NCBI GenBank assembly: GCA_019057475.1
Contig: DXJO01000038.1
Location: forward strand, 84,801-104,800
Reading direction: 5' to 3'
Length of the DNA stretch: 20,000 nucleotides
From: Candidatus Thorarchaeota archaeon
GTDB lineage: Archaea > Asgardarchaeota > Thorarchaeia > Thorarchaeales > Thorarchaeaceae
In this document: piece after piece, positions 1-8,637 of the stretch
Layout of the letters: every line of letters starts with the position of its first letter
Numbering within the stretch: position 1 is the first letter of the stretch
The notes under the pieces: model-generated
Told to the model about the DNA's origin: nothing
The model's input: only the letters and a program-made list of their open reading frames with translations
Database searches by the model: none
Position numbers and translations under genes: made by a program

Positions 1-656
1 CATTCGACCATCTTCGGTCCTTCGATGCAAATCGAGCAGTCTAACGTTGGGAATGTCTTGTCGAGTTGAGCCATGTGGCCTCCAATGCTCTCGTCGCGCT
101 CCACAAGATAGGTCTTGAATCCCATGTTCGCTAGGTCCAGAGCGGAATGGATTCCAGTAACTCCGCCGCCTATTACCATGGCTTTCGGGGTGACTGGGAC
201 CTCAAACTTCTGGAGTGGTGCCAAGAGTCGAGCTTTAGCCACCGCCATCTTGATGATCTCTTTTGCCTTCTCTTGTGTAGCCTCTCCCTTGGGGTGGCAC
301 CATGAACAGTGCTCCCTTATGTTTGCCATTTCAAAATAGAACTCATTGAGACCTGCATCTTTGACAGTGGTCCTGAAGGTTGGCTCATGCATTCTCGGAG
401 AACAAGCCGCCACCACAACTCTAGTGAGGTCGTGCTCTGCTATTGCCTTTCTAATTTCATCTTGTCCTGGGTCAGCACAAGTATAGCGATTCTGCTTAAC
501 GAAAACAACATCTGCCAGTTTCTTGGAGTACTCTTCGAGGTCGTCCATGTCAAGAGTTCCAGCGATATTCAAGCCACAGTGGCAGAGGAACACACCTACG
601 CGGGGCTCCCTGAAATCTACTACCTTGGTAGCGGTATCTGTCTTTGACTCTGTCAT
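1..656 (-). CDS. hdrA: Heterodisulfide reductase subunit A-like (HdrA), N-terminal part; C-terminus runs off the left edge
   Basis: Not in the ORF track because no stop lies in the window. Minus-strand translation from ATG at 656: MTESKTDTATKVVDFREPRVGVFLCHCGLNIAGTLD...CADPGQDEIRKAI...VVVAACSPRMHEPTFR...FEMANIREHCSW...AMVIGGGVTGIHSALDLANMGFKTYLVERDESIGGHMAQLDKTFPTLDCSICI, matching the HdrA N-terminal domain and FAD-binding GGG motif. Confidence 0.93.
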   Translation of the reverse strand, partial: MTESKTDTATKVVDFREPRVGVFLCHCGLNIAGTLDMDDLEEYSKKLADVVFVKQNRYTCADPGQDEIRKAIAEHDLTRVVVAACSPRMHEPTFRTTVKDAGLNEFYFEMANIREHCSWCHPKGEATQEKAKEIIKMAVAKARLLAPLQKFEVPVTPKAMVIGGGVTGIHSALDLANMGFKTYLVERDESIGGHMAQLDKTFPTLDCSICIEGPKMVE

Positions 657-658
657 TG

Positions 659-1552
659 TTAGTCACCGCCAGCTCCAATCACTTGTCTCCTCGCCATGGA
701 CTCGGCTATCTTGGAGGTTCTCTTTGTTTGCATCTCCTGTTCCAATGCTGTGCCTGTGGTCAACTTCTCCAATGTTTTGTTCCACGCCCCGGACTTCACC
801 TGAGTGTGACGGATTGAGGTACGGGTCACTGTCAATGCTTCTGGTTCTGGACAGACCTTGACACACGCTTCACAATAGACGCAGAATTTGTCTATTGGGT
901 AGACCTTTCCATCGTCCCTGAGCCCCAAGGCATCCACTGGGCACACATCGAAGCAGTTCTGGCAACCCTCAGGACACCGCTCCTGTTCTATCTTGATTGA
1001 CCCATGGAAGATCTTACGGACTTTGATTGCACCATCCGTCTTGTCTTCGCAGACTCTGCAACACGGACAGGACTTCCCATCGATTGAAATTTCACCATCT
1101 TCGACGGAGATGAGCCCTAGTGGACAGAGTGTTTCTGCTCTTTTAATATAGGGCGCAATCTTCGACTCGTCTATGACAATCTCACGGATATACTCGGGGA
1201 AGGCCTCGATTTGGTGTACACAGACTATAGGCTCCCCATTGATGGTGTGTGTTATCGCTGCGAAGGGACAGGTCGCCTCACAGATACCACAATGATCGCA
1301 CAAGTGTGGGTCAATGTCAATCTGGGCTCTCACAGCTCTTTCTTTGCCATCAATGACTTCCTTAGGTCGTTCGTGAAGAGATATTGCGCTTGTGTGGCAG
1401 ACTCTCTCACAAATACCACACCCCCTGCACGTTTCTCTATCAACAATCAGAAGGAATCGCTTAGTATAGAGCCCACGCTCGATTGTCAGAGTGCGGTCGT
1501 CTTCAGTTCTGATGAGTTTTAGCGGCACTATTCTTCCTCCAAGGACGAACAC
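659..1552 (-). CDS. Poly-[4Fe-4S] ferredoxin-like protein, 297 aa, co-directional with and directly upstream of hdrA
   Basis: Repeated CxxCxxCxxxC/P motifs: CRGCGICERVC, CDHCGICEATCP, CEGCQNCFDVCP-like (CPEGCQNCFDVCP), CVYCEACVKVCP. Its stop lies 2 nt before the hdrA start. Confidence 0.85.
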   Translation of the reverse strand: MFVLGGRIVPLKLIRTEDDRTLTIERGLYTKRFLLIVDRETCRGCGICERVCHTSAISLHERPKEVIDGKERAVRAQIDIDPHLCDHCGICEATCPFAAITHTINGEPIVCVHQIEAFPEYIREIVIDESKIAPYIKRAETLCPLGLISVEDGEISIDGKSCPCCRVCEDKTDGAIKVRKIFHGSIKIEQERCPEGCQNCFDVCPVDALGLRDDGKVYPIDKFCVYCEACVKVCPEPEALTVTRTSIRHTQVKSGAWNKTLEKLTTGTALEQEMQTKRTSKIAESMARRQVIGAGGD

Positions 1553-1745
1553 TTAGTCCTAGTTCCGTCCAACACTCCTGTCCATCGGGCGATGCATGGC
1601 ATGTGCTATTCAAATCTGTTTTGCAGACTTAGACCTGCCAATGGGTTTACTTCGGTTTTGAGTTCTCCTTCTTAAATACTAGGAAATAGCGCACACTCAG
1701 ATGACGATATGGTTCATTCATCTACCGAATAACCCTTCCCGATAC

Positions 1746-1757
1746 CTATAATTATAG
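1746..1757 (+). promoter_or_regulatory. Probable TATA box region for the AOR operon
   Basis: CTATAATTATAG lies 28-39 nt upstream of the GTG start at 1785, consistent with a short-leader archaeal transcript. Confidence 0.5.
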
Positions 1758-1784
1758 CAGTGCAGGGCTAATCGAATCAGTCTT

Positions 1785-3698
1785 GTGACACATGAAGAAC
1801 TGAGAGAGTGTTTCGTATTGGATGGATATGCAGGAAAGATACTCTATGTTGACTTGACATCTGGTGTGTCCAGAACCGAGCCGCTTCCCGAGAAGATGGC
1901 TGAGGACTTTCTGGGAGGCGCCGGATTTGGAATCAAGATGATAACTGACCTTCAGCGGCCAGGAGCTGATGCCTTTGACCCTGAGAACCCTATTGTCTTT
2001 TCACTGGGTACCTTCTGTGGCGTGATGGTTCCGGCGGCAAGCAGCAAGTGGGGGGTTGCGGCCAAGTCACCTCAATCAAACGCCCTTGGAGAGGCCTACT
2101 CAACAGGATTCTTTGGATCCGAGATGAGGCGGGCAGGCTACGATATCGTAGTGATAACGGGCAAGGCGAAGAGCCCCGTTTACCTCTACATCGAGAATGA
2201 ATCAGTACAGTTGATGGATGCCTCACATCTCTGGGGGAAGGACAACTGGGAAACTGAAGACATGATAAAGGAGGAGCTAGGCGACCCGGACGTTCGAGTG
2301 GCATCCATAGGACCGGCCGGGGAAAAGCTAGTACGATTCGCATGCATCATCAATGACAGACTGCGCGCAGCAGGACGGACCGGAATGGGCGCAGTCATGG
2401 GTTCGAAGCTGCTCAAGGCAGTCGCTGTGAGAGGCACCGCAGATATCACTGTGGCTGACGTTGAGAAGTTCAAGGAGCTGTCCTTTGAGATGTACAATCG
2501 TGCCAAAGGGCCTGCGACTGAGAAGTATCGAGGGCTTGGCACGGCAGGCAACGTGCTAGTGCTCAATAAGGCCGCAGCCATGCCGACAAGGAACTGGCAG
2601 GACGCAGTCTTTGAGGGCGCCGAAACAATAAGTGGGGAGTATGTGAATGAGCATTATGTCACAAAGATTCAGGGATGCGATGGCTGTGGAAGCAGATGCG
2701 AACATGTGGCCACTGTAAATGAGGGACCATACAAAGGAGCCATTGGGCGAGTCGAATACGAACCAATCTACTCTCTTGGTTCCTGCACAGGCATTGACCG
2801 GCTAGATGCAATTATCAGATCAGTACAGCTATGTGATCTCTACGGGCTGGATGCATTGTCTGCAGGGGTTGCCGTTGCTTTCGGTATGGAGCTTTTTGAG
2901 AAGGGTTTAATCACTGAGAAAGACACTGGCGGAATTGACCTTCACTTTGGGAACGCAGAAGCGCAGACTGAGATGCTTCGGAAGATTGCCTTCAGAGAGG
3001 ACATAGGAGATATCCTAGCTGAAGGCGTGAAGAGGGCATCAGAGAAGATTGGTAAAGGCTCAAAGGCCTTTGCTATGCACATCAAGGGTGTCGAGATGAC
3101 TGGTTATGATGTCCGGGGTCTCAAGACAGCTGCTCTGGGCTACGCTGTTTCCCGAAGGGGTGCTGACCATCAGCGTCATGGAGCATACGGTCCAGACCTA
3201 AAGGGTACAGTAGACCGTTTCAAGGCTGACAAGGATCGTGGACCCCTTGTTGTAGATGGAGAAGATCTGTACAGTGTGATGGACTCACTCATCCTTTGCA
3301 AGTTCAACAGAGGAATCTGGAACTACGATGAGATGGCCCAGATGTACACTTACGTCACCGGGCTTCCAATGACTGGGAAAAAGATACGCCAAGCCGGAGA
3401 GAGAATCAGCAACCTAGCTAGGATATACAATATCCGTGAGGGCCTTGGCAGAGCTGATGATAACTTGCCCATACGGTGCATGAAGGACCCCATCAAGTCT
3501 GGGGTAGCAAAAGGCAGTCTTGTGACACAAAAGGATCTGGATATTCTACTCGATGGCTACTATGAAGCACGTGGTTGGACCAACAAAGGCGTCCCGACAA
3601 AGGCGAAAATCGACGAACTGGGTCTGAGTGAATACTACCAGTACCTCAAGGGATTGGCCAAGACACCGAAAGCCGAAAAGGCTGAGAAGGAGGGTTAG
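1785..3698 (+). CDS. aor: Aldehyde:ferredoxin oxidoreductase family protein (tungstopterin enzyme), 637 aa
   Basis: N-terminus YAGKILYVDLTSG; CDGCGSRC (CxxCxxxC) plus distal Cys in DSLILCKF, the family's [4Fe-4S] ligands; ALGYAVSRRGADHQRHG; full-length AOR size. GTG start. Confidence 0.95.
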   Translation: MTHEELRECFVLDGYAGKILYVDLTSGVSRTEPLPEKMAEDFLGGAGFGIKMITDLQRPGADAFDPENPIVFSLGTFCGVMVPAASSKWGVAAKSPQSNALGEAYSTGFFGSEMRRAGYDIVVITGKAKSPVYLYIENESVQLMDASHLWGKDNWETEDMIKEELGDPDVRVASIGPAGEKLVRFACIINDRLRAAGRTGMGAVMGSKLLKAVAVRGTADITVADVEKFKELSFEMYNRAKGPATEKYRGLGTAGNVLVLNKAAAMPTRNWQDAVFEGAETISGEYVNEHYVTKIQGCDGCGSRCEHVATVNEGPYKGAIGRVEYEPIYSLGSCTGIDRLDAIIRSVQLCDLYGLDALSAGVAVAFGMELFEKGLITEKDTGGIDLHFGNAEAQTEMLRKIAFREDIGDILAEGVKRASEKIGKGSKAFAMHIKGVEMTGYDVRGLKTAALGYAVSRRGADHQRHGAYGPDLKGTVDRFKADKDRGPLVVDGEDLYSVMDSLILCKFNRGIWNYDEMAQMYTYVTGLPMTGKKIRQAGERISNLARIYNIREGLGRADDNLPIRCMKDPIKSGVAKGSLVTQKDLDILLDGYYEARGWTNKGVPTKAKIDELGLSEYYQYLKGLAKTPKAEKAEKEG

Positions 3699-4193
3699 AT
3701 GATGTTACCGAGAGAACACAAGTTTGTGTCTGCAGACCCCAATCTGTGTACTGGGTGTAATGTTTGTGTGTATGCTTGTGCCCTTGAGAAGGATGGCGTG
3801 TTCAATCCATTGAGATCAAGGATTCGGGCGGTCAGGCTCTATCCAAGCGGCAACATTGCAATCACATGTAGACTCTGTGAGAGTGCACCCTGTGTCATTG
3901 CATGTCCAAGAGATGCGCTTACACAATCAGAAGAGAATGGTATAATCCTAGTAGATGATGACAAGTGTGATGGCTGTGGATGGTGCCTTGAAGCATGCGA
4001 CTTCGGTGCAATCACTATCCATCCTGTGACAAAGAAGGCAATAGTGTGCGATCTTTGCGATGGAGAACCCAAGTGCATCGAGATCTGCCCCGTGGAGGCT
4101 CTTTCCCTCGCTAGTCGGGACACTCATGCCACAATATCTCGGATAGAAGCCTCAAGGAAGCTCCTGAAGGCCCAAGAAGAATCAGAACTCTAG
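3699..4193 (+). CDS. Four-cluster [4Fe-4S] electron-transfer protein (HycB/AOR small-subunit type), 164 aa
   Basis: CTGCNVCVYAC, CRLCESAPCVIACP, CDGCGWCLEAC, CDLCDGEPKCIEICP; starts immediately after the AOR stop. Confidence 0.88.
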   Translation: MMLPREHKFVSADPNLCTGCNVCVYACALEKDGVFNPLRSRIRAVRLYPSGNIAITCRLCESAPCVIACPRDALTQSEENGIILVDDDKCDGCGWCLEACDFGAITIHPVTKKAIVCDLCDGEPKCIEICPVEALSLASRDTHATISRIEASRKLLKAQEESEL

Positions 4194-4205
4194 AGTTGGC
4201 CGAAC

Positions 4206-4730
4206 TCACGTTCGGTCCTTCTCTTTCCTTTTTCTCTCAGCTATTTCACGAATAAGCTGCTTCACTGCACTCTGTTCTCCATGAATCACCACAAGTTTCG
4301 GTGACTCCTCCTTCATAGTGAGTCCTTGGTGCGTCGCAGTTTCTCTCAGCTCGTCAATGGTCACTGTATCGCCAATCTCAACTCGAATCCAATAGTCGCC
4401 CCTAGGTATTCCCGCTGGAAACCCTCTCTTTGCATCCACAGGCTCTGGTTTGCTGTGCCTGGCTTTGCCTATCTTCTGAAGCCAGTCATTGGAATATTCC
4501 TTACCAACCTCCTTCTCGGCCAGGTTGAGTAGTTCTGACTCCAAATCAACGAGATAAGCCTCGATTGTCGTAATTGTATCCTCATAGGTCGGATCGGCAT
4601 CGTATATTGCAATGGTCGCGCGCGTAGAACGAAGTTTCTTTGCTATGTGGTCTGGAATGCTCACCCCCTTGGCTTTCAGCGCAGGCACAAGCTCTTCAAG
4701 GACTTTCCAGACAGCAGAATAATTCTCCAT
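4206..4730 (-). CDS. Conserved archaeal hypothetical protein (possibly DUF2096-like), 174 aa
   Basis: Complete ORF co-directional with hdrBC and packed against hdrB. Family assignment is from memory of archaeal proteins and is tentative. Confidence 0.6.
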   Translation of the reverse strand: MENYSAVWKVLEELVPALKAKGVSIPDHIAKKLRSTRATIAIYDADPTYEDTITTIEAYLVDLESELLNLAEKEVGKEYSNDWLQKIGKARHSKPEPVDAKRGFPAGIPRGDYWIRVEIGDTVTIDELRETATHQGLTMKEESPKLVVIHGEQSAVKQLIREIAERKRKEKDRT

Positions 4731-4769
4731 CCTTCTTCAGCTCCATGCTTTCCTCACAGACTGACCAAC

Positions 4770-5702
4770 TCACGCCGCCTGCGCCATTGCGGTCAGGAAC
4801 CCTTCGGGTTTCACCTTTAGCCCATCCAAAGCCAGTTCTTCAGCCGGTATTCCCATTGCCAGACCTAGTAGCTGAGTGAAATGTAGTACTGGTATGTTGT
4901 AGGTTTCGTCAAACATCTTCTCAGCGGAGGACTGATATTGATCATACATCAAGTGACAACTGGGACATATGGTAGTCATTGCGTCAGCTTGGGCATTTTT
5001 GACGTTGCGGAATTTGTCTGCGATTAAATTCAAAGGTAAATCAAGATTGACACCTGCTATCACTGCACCACAGCATTCCTTCTCGTCTGCATACCTCACA
5101 GGCTCAGCACCCAGCAGTGCAATGAACTCTCGAAGGAATTCGGGGTCCTCAAAGTCGTCAAATTCTAGATACTTGGAGGGCATCAAGAGGTGACAACCAT
5201 AATGGGCGGCTATTCTCATACCGCTGAGAGGGCGCTTGATGTAGGTCTTGAGTTTCTCAAATCCAATGTCTTCGACAAGGACTCTAAGCAGATGCTTGAC
5301 TTCTATGGTTCCCTGGAACTTTGCACGAATGGTCTTGAGGTATCTGTTGACGCGCTCTCTACTCCCTCTGTTTCCCTTCAGATGTTTATTCGTCTTCATT
5401 AGCTGTCCTGTACAACCAGAACAGAGTGTGAGTATGTCTAGACCTTTCTTCTCTGCGATGGCTAGGTTTCGCGCAGACAGAGCAAGAGTCATCTCGTGGT
5501 TGACTGCATCAATCGGAAGGCCGCAGCAATTGGCTCCCTTCATCTCCACGAGTTTTACTCCAAGCTCTTTCAGGACTCTCCTTGCAGATATCTCGTAGGC
5601 ACGCTCACGTAAGGGGGTCGCACAGCCCAGATAGAATGCATATTTTAAAACAGCGTCCTTCTTCGGCTCTGAATTTCCCGCGCTCTCTGACTTGCCACTC
5701 AT
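4770..5702 (-). CDS. hdrB: Heterodisulfide reductase subunit B-like, two CCG domains, 310 aa
   Basis: YAFYLGC...NCCGLPID...CSGCTGQL and AAHYGCHLLMPS...KECCGAVIAG...CPSCHLMYD: both cysteine-rich CCG motifs complete. Confidence 0.93.
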   Translation of the reverse strand: MSGKSESAGNSEPKKDAVLKYAFYLGCATPLRERAYEISARRVLKELGVKLVEMKGANCCGLPIDAVNHEMTLALSARNLAIAEKKGLDILTLCSGCTGQLMKTNKHLKGNRGSRERVNRYLKTIRAKFQGTIEVKHLLRVLVEDIGFEKLKTYIKRPLSGMRIAAHYGCHLLMPSKYLEFDDFEDPEFLREFIALLGAEPVRYADEKECCGAVIAGVNLDLPLNLIADKFRNVKNAQADAMTTICPSCHLMYDQYQSSAEKMFDETYNIPVLHFTQLLGLAMGIPAEELALDGLKVKPEGFLTAMAQAA

Positions 5703-6253
5703 TCTTTGTCCTCCTTCTCGGCGATTGTTTCATGAAATCCTGTGGCTTTAGCCAGCTTTTCCATGTGTGCTGGCGGTGTTTCGGAAAGTGGCGGGAGTCC
5801 TATCGCTATTCTCTTTTTCATCTTAAATTTCGAGATTTTATGCGCATAGCCAGCGTTTAGGATGTTCTTCCCGACTTCTCTATAGACCCTCGGTATGTAG
5901 CCCTTTTTCACTGCCAGATTCTGGAACACGCGAAGCACATCCTTGACTTCTACCCCCTGGGGGCAATGATCGGTACATGTGTAGCAGGCGGCACACAACC
6001 ATAGTGTATCGCTGGATAGAAGCCTCTCCTCAAGTCCCAGTTGGGCCAGCCGTATTGCTGTACGAGGGCGGTACGAGTCTGTGATGTCAGCTATCGGGCA
6101 GCAGGAAGTACAGGTCCCACATTGGAAGCAGTACTTGAGGGTTTCTCCACCAGGCATGCTCAACACCTCATGCTTGAACTCTGGATCGACCCTTGAGGGT
6201 GTCTGCAGTTTCACTCCTTCAGATTCTACAGCATTATCGGTCATATCATCCAC
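5699..6253 (-). CDS. hdrC: Heterodisulfide reductase subunit C-like, 184 aa
   Basis: CFQCGTCTSCCP and CAACYTCTDHCPQGVEVKDVLRVFQNLAV; 4-nt overlap with the hdrB start. Confidence 0.92.
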   Translation of the reverse strand: MDDMTDNAVESEGVKLQTPSRVDPEFKHEVLSMPGGETLKYCFQCGTCTSCCPIADITDSYRPRTAIRLAQLGLEERLLSSDTLWLCAACYTCTDHCPQGVEVKDVLRVFQNLAVKKGYIPRVYREVGKNILNAGYAHKISKFKMKKRIAIGLPPLSETPPAHMEKLAKATGFHETIAEKEDKE

Positions 6254-6410
6254 TCGCTTCCGCTTCGTGAGTCAGAGAATGCATTGCTCTCGGAGCCAAG
6301 ATGCAAGTATTAACGTTTGCGAAGTGTGAGCTTCAACTCTGAAAAAAAAATAGTGGCATATGGAGCCCCGAATGGAGCTCTTATCTGCCTGTGATGCAAC
6401 TAGTGGCGGT

Positions 6411-6854
6411 CTACCTGTGAATGATTTCTAGGTTCTCAATTATCTTTACACAGCTGCCTTCAAGACACTGCCCAATCGGGCACGTGTTGACCGCAATCTC
6501 GAAGAGTCTCTGAACCTTCTTGTCAGCCACACCTTCCGGCACGGTCACCTTCGTGTTGATGTAGATGTCGGTGAAGGAGCTTAGTTGAGTTTCCCCATTG
6601 GTTTCATAGGTGCCTGTGATATCAGACGTCAGGTCTAGGACCTCAATTCGACCCTTGCCACACGCAATCTCGAAAATGATGTTGACACAGGAACCGATGG
6701 ATGCAAGGAACAACTTGTGAGGGGTTGTTGTTCCGGGGTGGTTCGTCAGATTCGGTGGTGCACACACAGCGGCGCTCTGGTAGCCGCCAAGTGTGATGTG
6801 ATGAATCTCAGGAACTGAGGTTCTTTCCAGTTTAGCTTTGAACATCTTTACCAT
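6411..6854 (-). CDS. OsmC/Ohr family protein, 147 aa
   Basis: GGYQSAAVCAPPNLTNHPGTTTPHKLFLASIGSCVNIIFEIACGKGRIEVLDLTSDITG...CPIGQCL resembles OsmC-like peroxiredoxin-type fold with two conserved Cys (SIGSC and CPIGQ). Confidence 0.75.
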   Translation of the reverse strand: MVKMFKAKLERTSVPEIHHITLGGYQSAAVCAPPNLTNHPGTTTPHKLFLASIGSCVNIIFEIACGKGRIEVLDLTSDITGTYETNGETQLSSFTDIYINTKVTVPEGVADKKVQRLFEIAVNTCPIGQCLEGSCVKIIENLEIIHR

Positions 6855-7015
6855 TGCATTTCCACTCTGTCAGATAAAACTGGCGGCAAGTGGTGTCACA
6901 TTGACGCCTCGTTACCTGTTGGCCCAATTCCTTTGCCATTTAAACTTGCAGTTACCACCCAAATACCCAATGAACGGCCATATTCTGTAACCAATTGGCT
7001 CCATTGAGTTTCCAT

Positions 7016-8347
7016 TCACTGTTCTACGTCATCAAAGGTAGCAACTCGCATGGTCGCAGGTTTCTTCTCGATGTCAGCCTTCGCAGCTCCAATCAGCAGT
7101 TTTACCTTCTTGCTGTTCGCCACGTCAACTAGGCGTTGCGTAACAACACCATCGAAAATCACGGCATCAACGGAGTCCTGTGACTCCAATGTCCTGGCTA
7201 AGTCAGCAACCCCGCATTCAACTAGGACTTTCTGATCGCTGCCAAACAGAACAGCTTTGAACGATTCCTTGACATCGGTCACCGCCTTAATGTAAGCCGC
7301 ATCTACATTCTCAGTCGACAGTCTGGGTGTTCTACCTCTTCTCGGTGTTTCAGCACGTTTAGTCGTAGTTCTCTTAGGCGCCCGAGCGTGCATAGTCCGA
7401 GTTTTATCCGGCGTCCTAGTGCGTGTGATTCTAGTCCTCCCGGTCTTTCGAAACGCCTCCTCTCTCCTGGGCTGGCGTCTTATCTTTGCAGGTGCCTTTA
7501 CCTTTCGACTACTAACAAGAGCCAAAGCTTGGTCCGCCGGTATCCTAGTCTGCAAAGCCTTAGTCACTTGACGACGTGAGAGTTCTTCGACCTCCTTTCC
7601 CTCAGGAGCCCTTGCGATGTAGTCTACATTAGCTACTTGCATTAGCTCACGAAGGATTAGATCCCCACCACGGTCCCCATCGAGGAACGCGATTGTTGTC
7701 ATTCCTCTCTTCTTTGTCAAGTCGATGACTGTTTTGGGCACACGTGTTCCCTCAACGGCGATTGTGTTGTTGATTCCCATCTTCATCAGGTTGATTATAT
7801 CCGCTCTGCCCTCAACAATGATAATCTCCTTGCTGCCAGCAAGTTCTGGACCTGCTGGAAGCTTATCCAGCCCATACTTGGCGACGTTCCTCTTGCTGGC
7901 CTTCGTGACAGCAGACGTTATCTCATCCGACCCGGGGGCTATGTCCTCTTCCCATCCTTTGAGTATGCTAATTGCCCGGCTTACAACCTTTCTACGCTTG
8001 GCACCTCGGATATCCTCAAGCTTCAACAATGTAACCTTGGCCACACAAGGGCCTACCCGATCGACGGTTTCTAGGGACGCTGCCAAGATTGCTGTGGCTG
8101 TCTTATTGAGTGATACTGGAATCACTACTTCGCCTTTACTCTTGCCGCCTTGGGATCTGATGACAATCTGAATTCTTCCAATTCTACCTGTTCGCTGAAG
8201 TTCTCTTAGGTCAAGATCCTCTCCAAGAAGTCCCTCTGTCTGTCCGAATACTGCCCCAACGACATCCGGCTTGTCGACTACCCCATCTATTTCGATCTTT
8301 GCTCTAATGACATATTTTGCCGTAGAGCTATCGAAGTCTGTACCCAT
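7016..8347 (-). CDS. dnaG: Archaeal DnaG primase, 443 aa
   Basis: MGTDFDSSTAKYVIRAKIEIDGVVDKPDVVGAVFGQTEGLLGEDLDLRELQRTGRIGRI; Toprim region IIIVEGRADIINLMKMGINNTIAVEG...TTIAFLDGDRGGDLILREL; C-terminal DAVIFDGVVTQRLVDVA. Confidence 0.96.
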   Translation of the reverse strand: MGTDFDSSTAKYVIRAKIEIDGVVDKPDVVGAVFGQTEGLLGEDLDLRELQRTGRIGRIQIVIRSQGGKSKGEVVIPVSLNKTATAILAASLETVDRVGPCVAKVTLLKLEDIRGAKRRKVVSRAISILKGWEEDIAPGSDEITSAVTKASKRNVAKYGLDKLPAGPELAGSKEIIIVEGRADIINLMKMGINNTIAVEGTRVPKTVIDLTKKRGMTTIAFLDGDRGGDLILRELMQVANVDYIARAPEGKEVEELSRRQVTKALQTRIPADQALALVSSRKVKAPAKIRRQPRREEAFRKTGRTRITRTRTPDKTRTMHARAPKRTTTKRAETPRRGRTPRLSTENVDAAYIKAVTDVKESFKAVLFGSDQKVLVECGVADLARTLESQDSVDAVIFDGVVTQRLVDVANSKKVKLLIGAAKADIEKKPATMRVATFDDVEQ

Positions 8348-8500
8348 CTATTTTCTACTCCTATTGTCTTCTCATATGATACTGCCATGTGTACGCCTCC
8401 GACTGACCGAGTCTCCGCCTAGATGGCTCGTCACAGCCTATGCTATCTCTTCACATTCCGTTTGGAATGAACTACCAACTACCGCGGCAATGATTCATGA

Positions 8501-8637
8501 CATTTGTGAAATGATGATTGTGATATGATAATCCCGTGAATGATGATGGTCCTTAGACCAGCGTAATGGTTTCTTACGGCTCGCTCTTGAGCCAGAGGAA
8601 CCACATGGCATTTGTAATATGATGATTTTATGATATG
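8501..8637. repeat. Pair of imperfect direct repeats bracketing a hairpin: CATTTGTGAAATGATGATTGTGATATG (8501-8527) and CATTTGTAATATGATGATTTTATGATATG (8609-8637)
   Basis: Direct reading: shared CATTTGT, ATGATGATT and TGATATG blocks in the same order, 108 nt apart. Confidence 0.7.
8567..8603. other. Strong stem-loop in the intergenic region, possible RNA structure
   Basis: TGGTTTCTT-AC-GGCTC-GCTCTT-GAGCC-A-GAGGAACCA: 9 bp outer stem (two G-U), 2x1 internal loop, 5 bp inner stem. Preceded by TGGTC-CTTA-GACCA hairpin at 8547-8560. Confidence 0.6.

Noticed and set aside
8271-8528. 85-aa plus-strand ORF across the dnaG start
   Set aside because: Mostly antisense to dnaG, and the tail is low-complexity repeat sequence.
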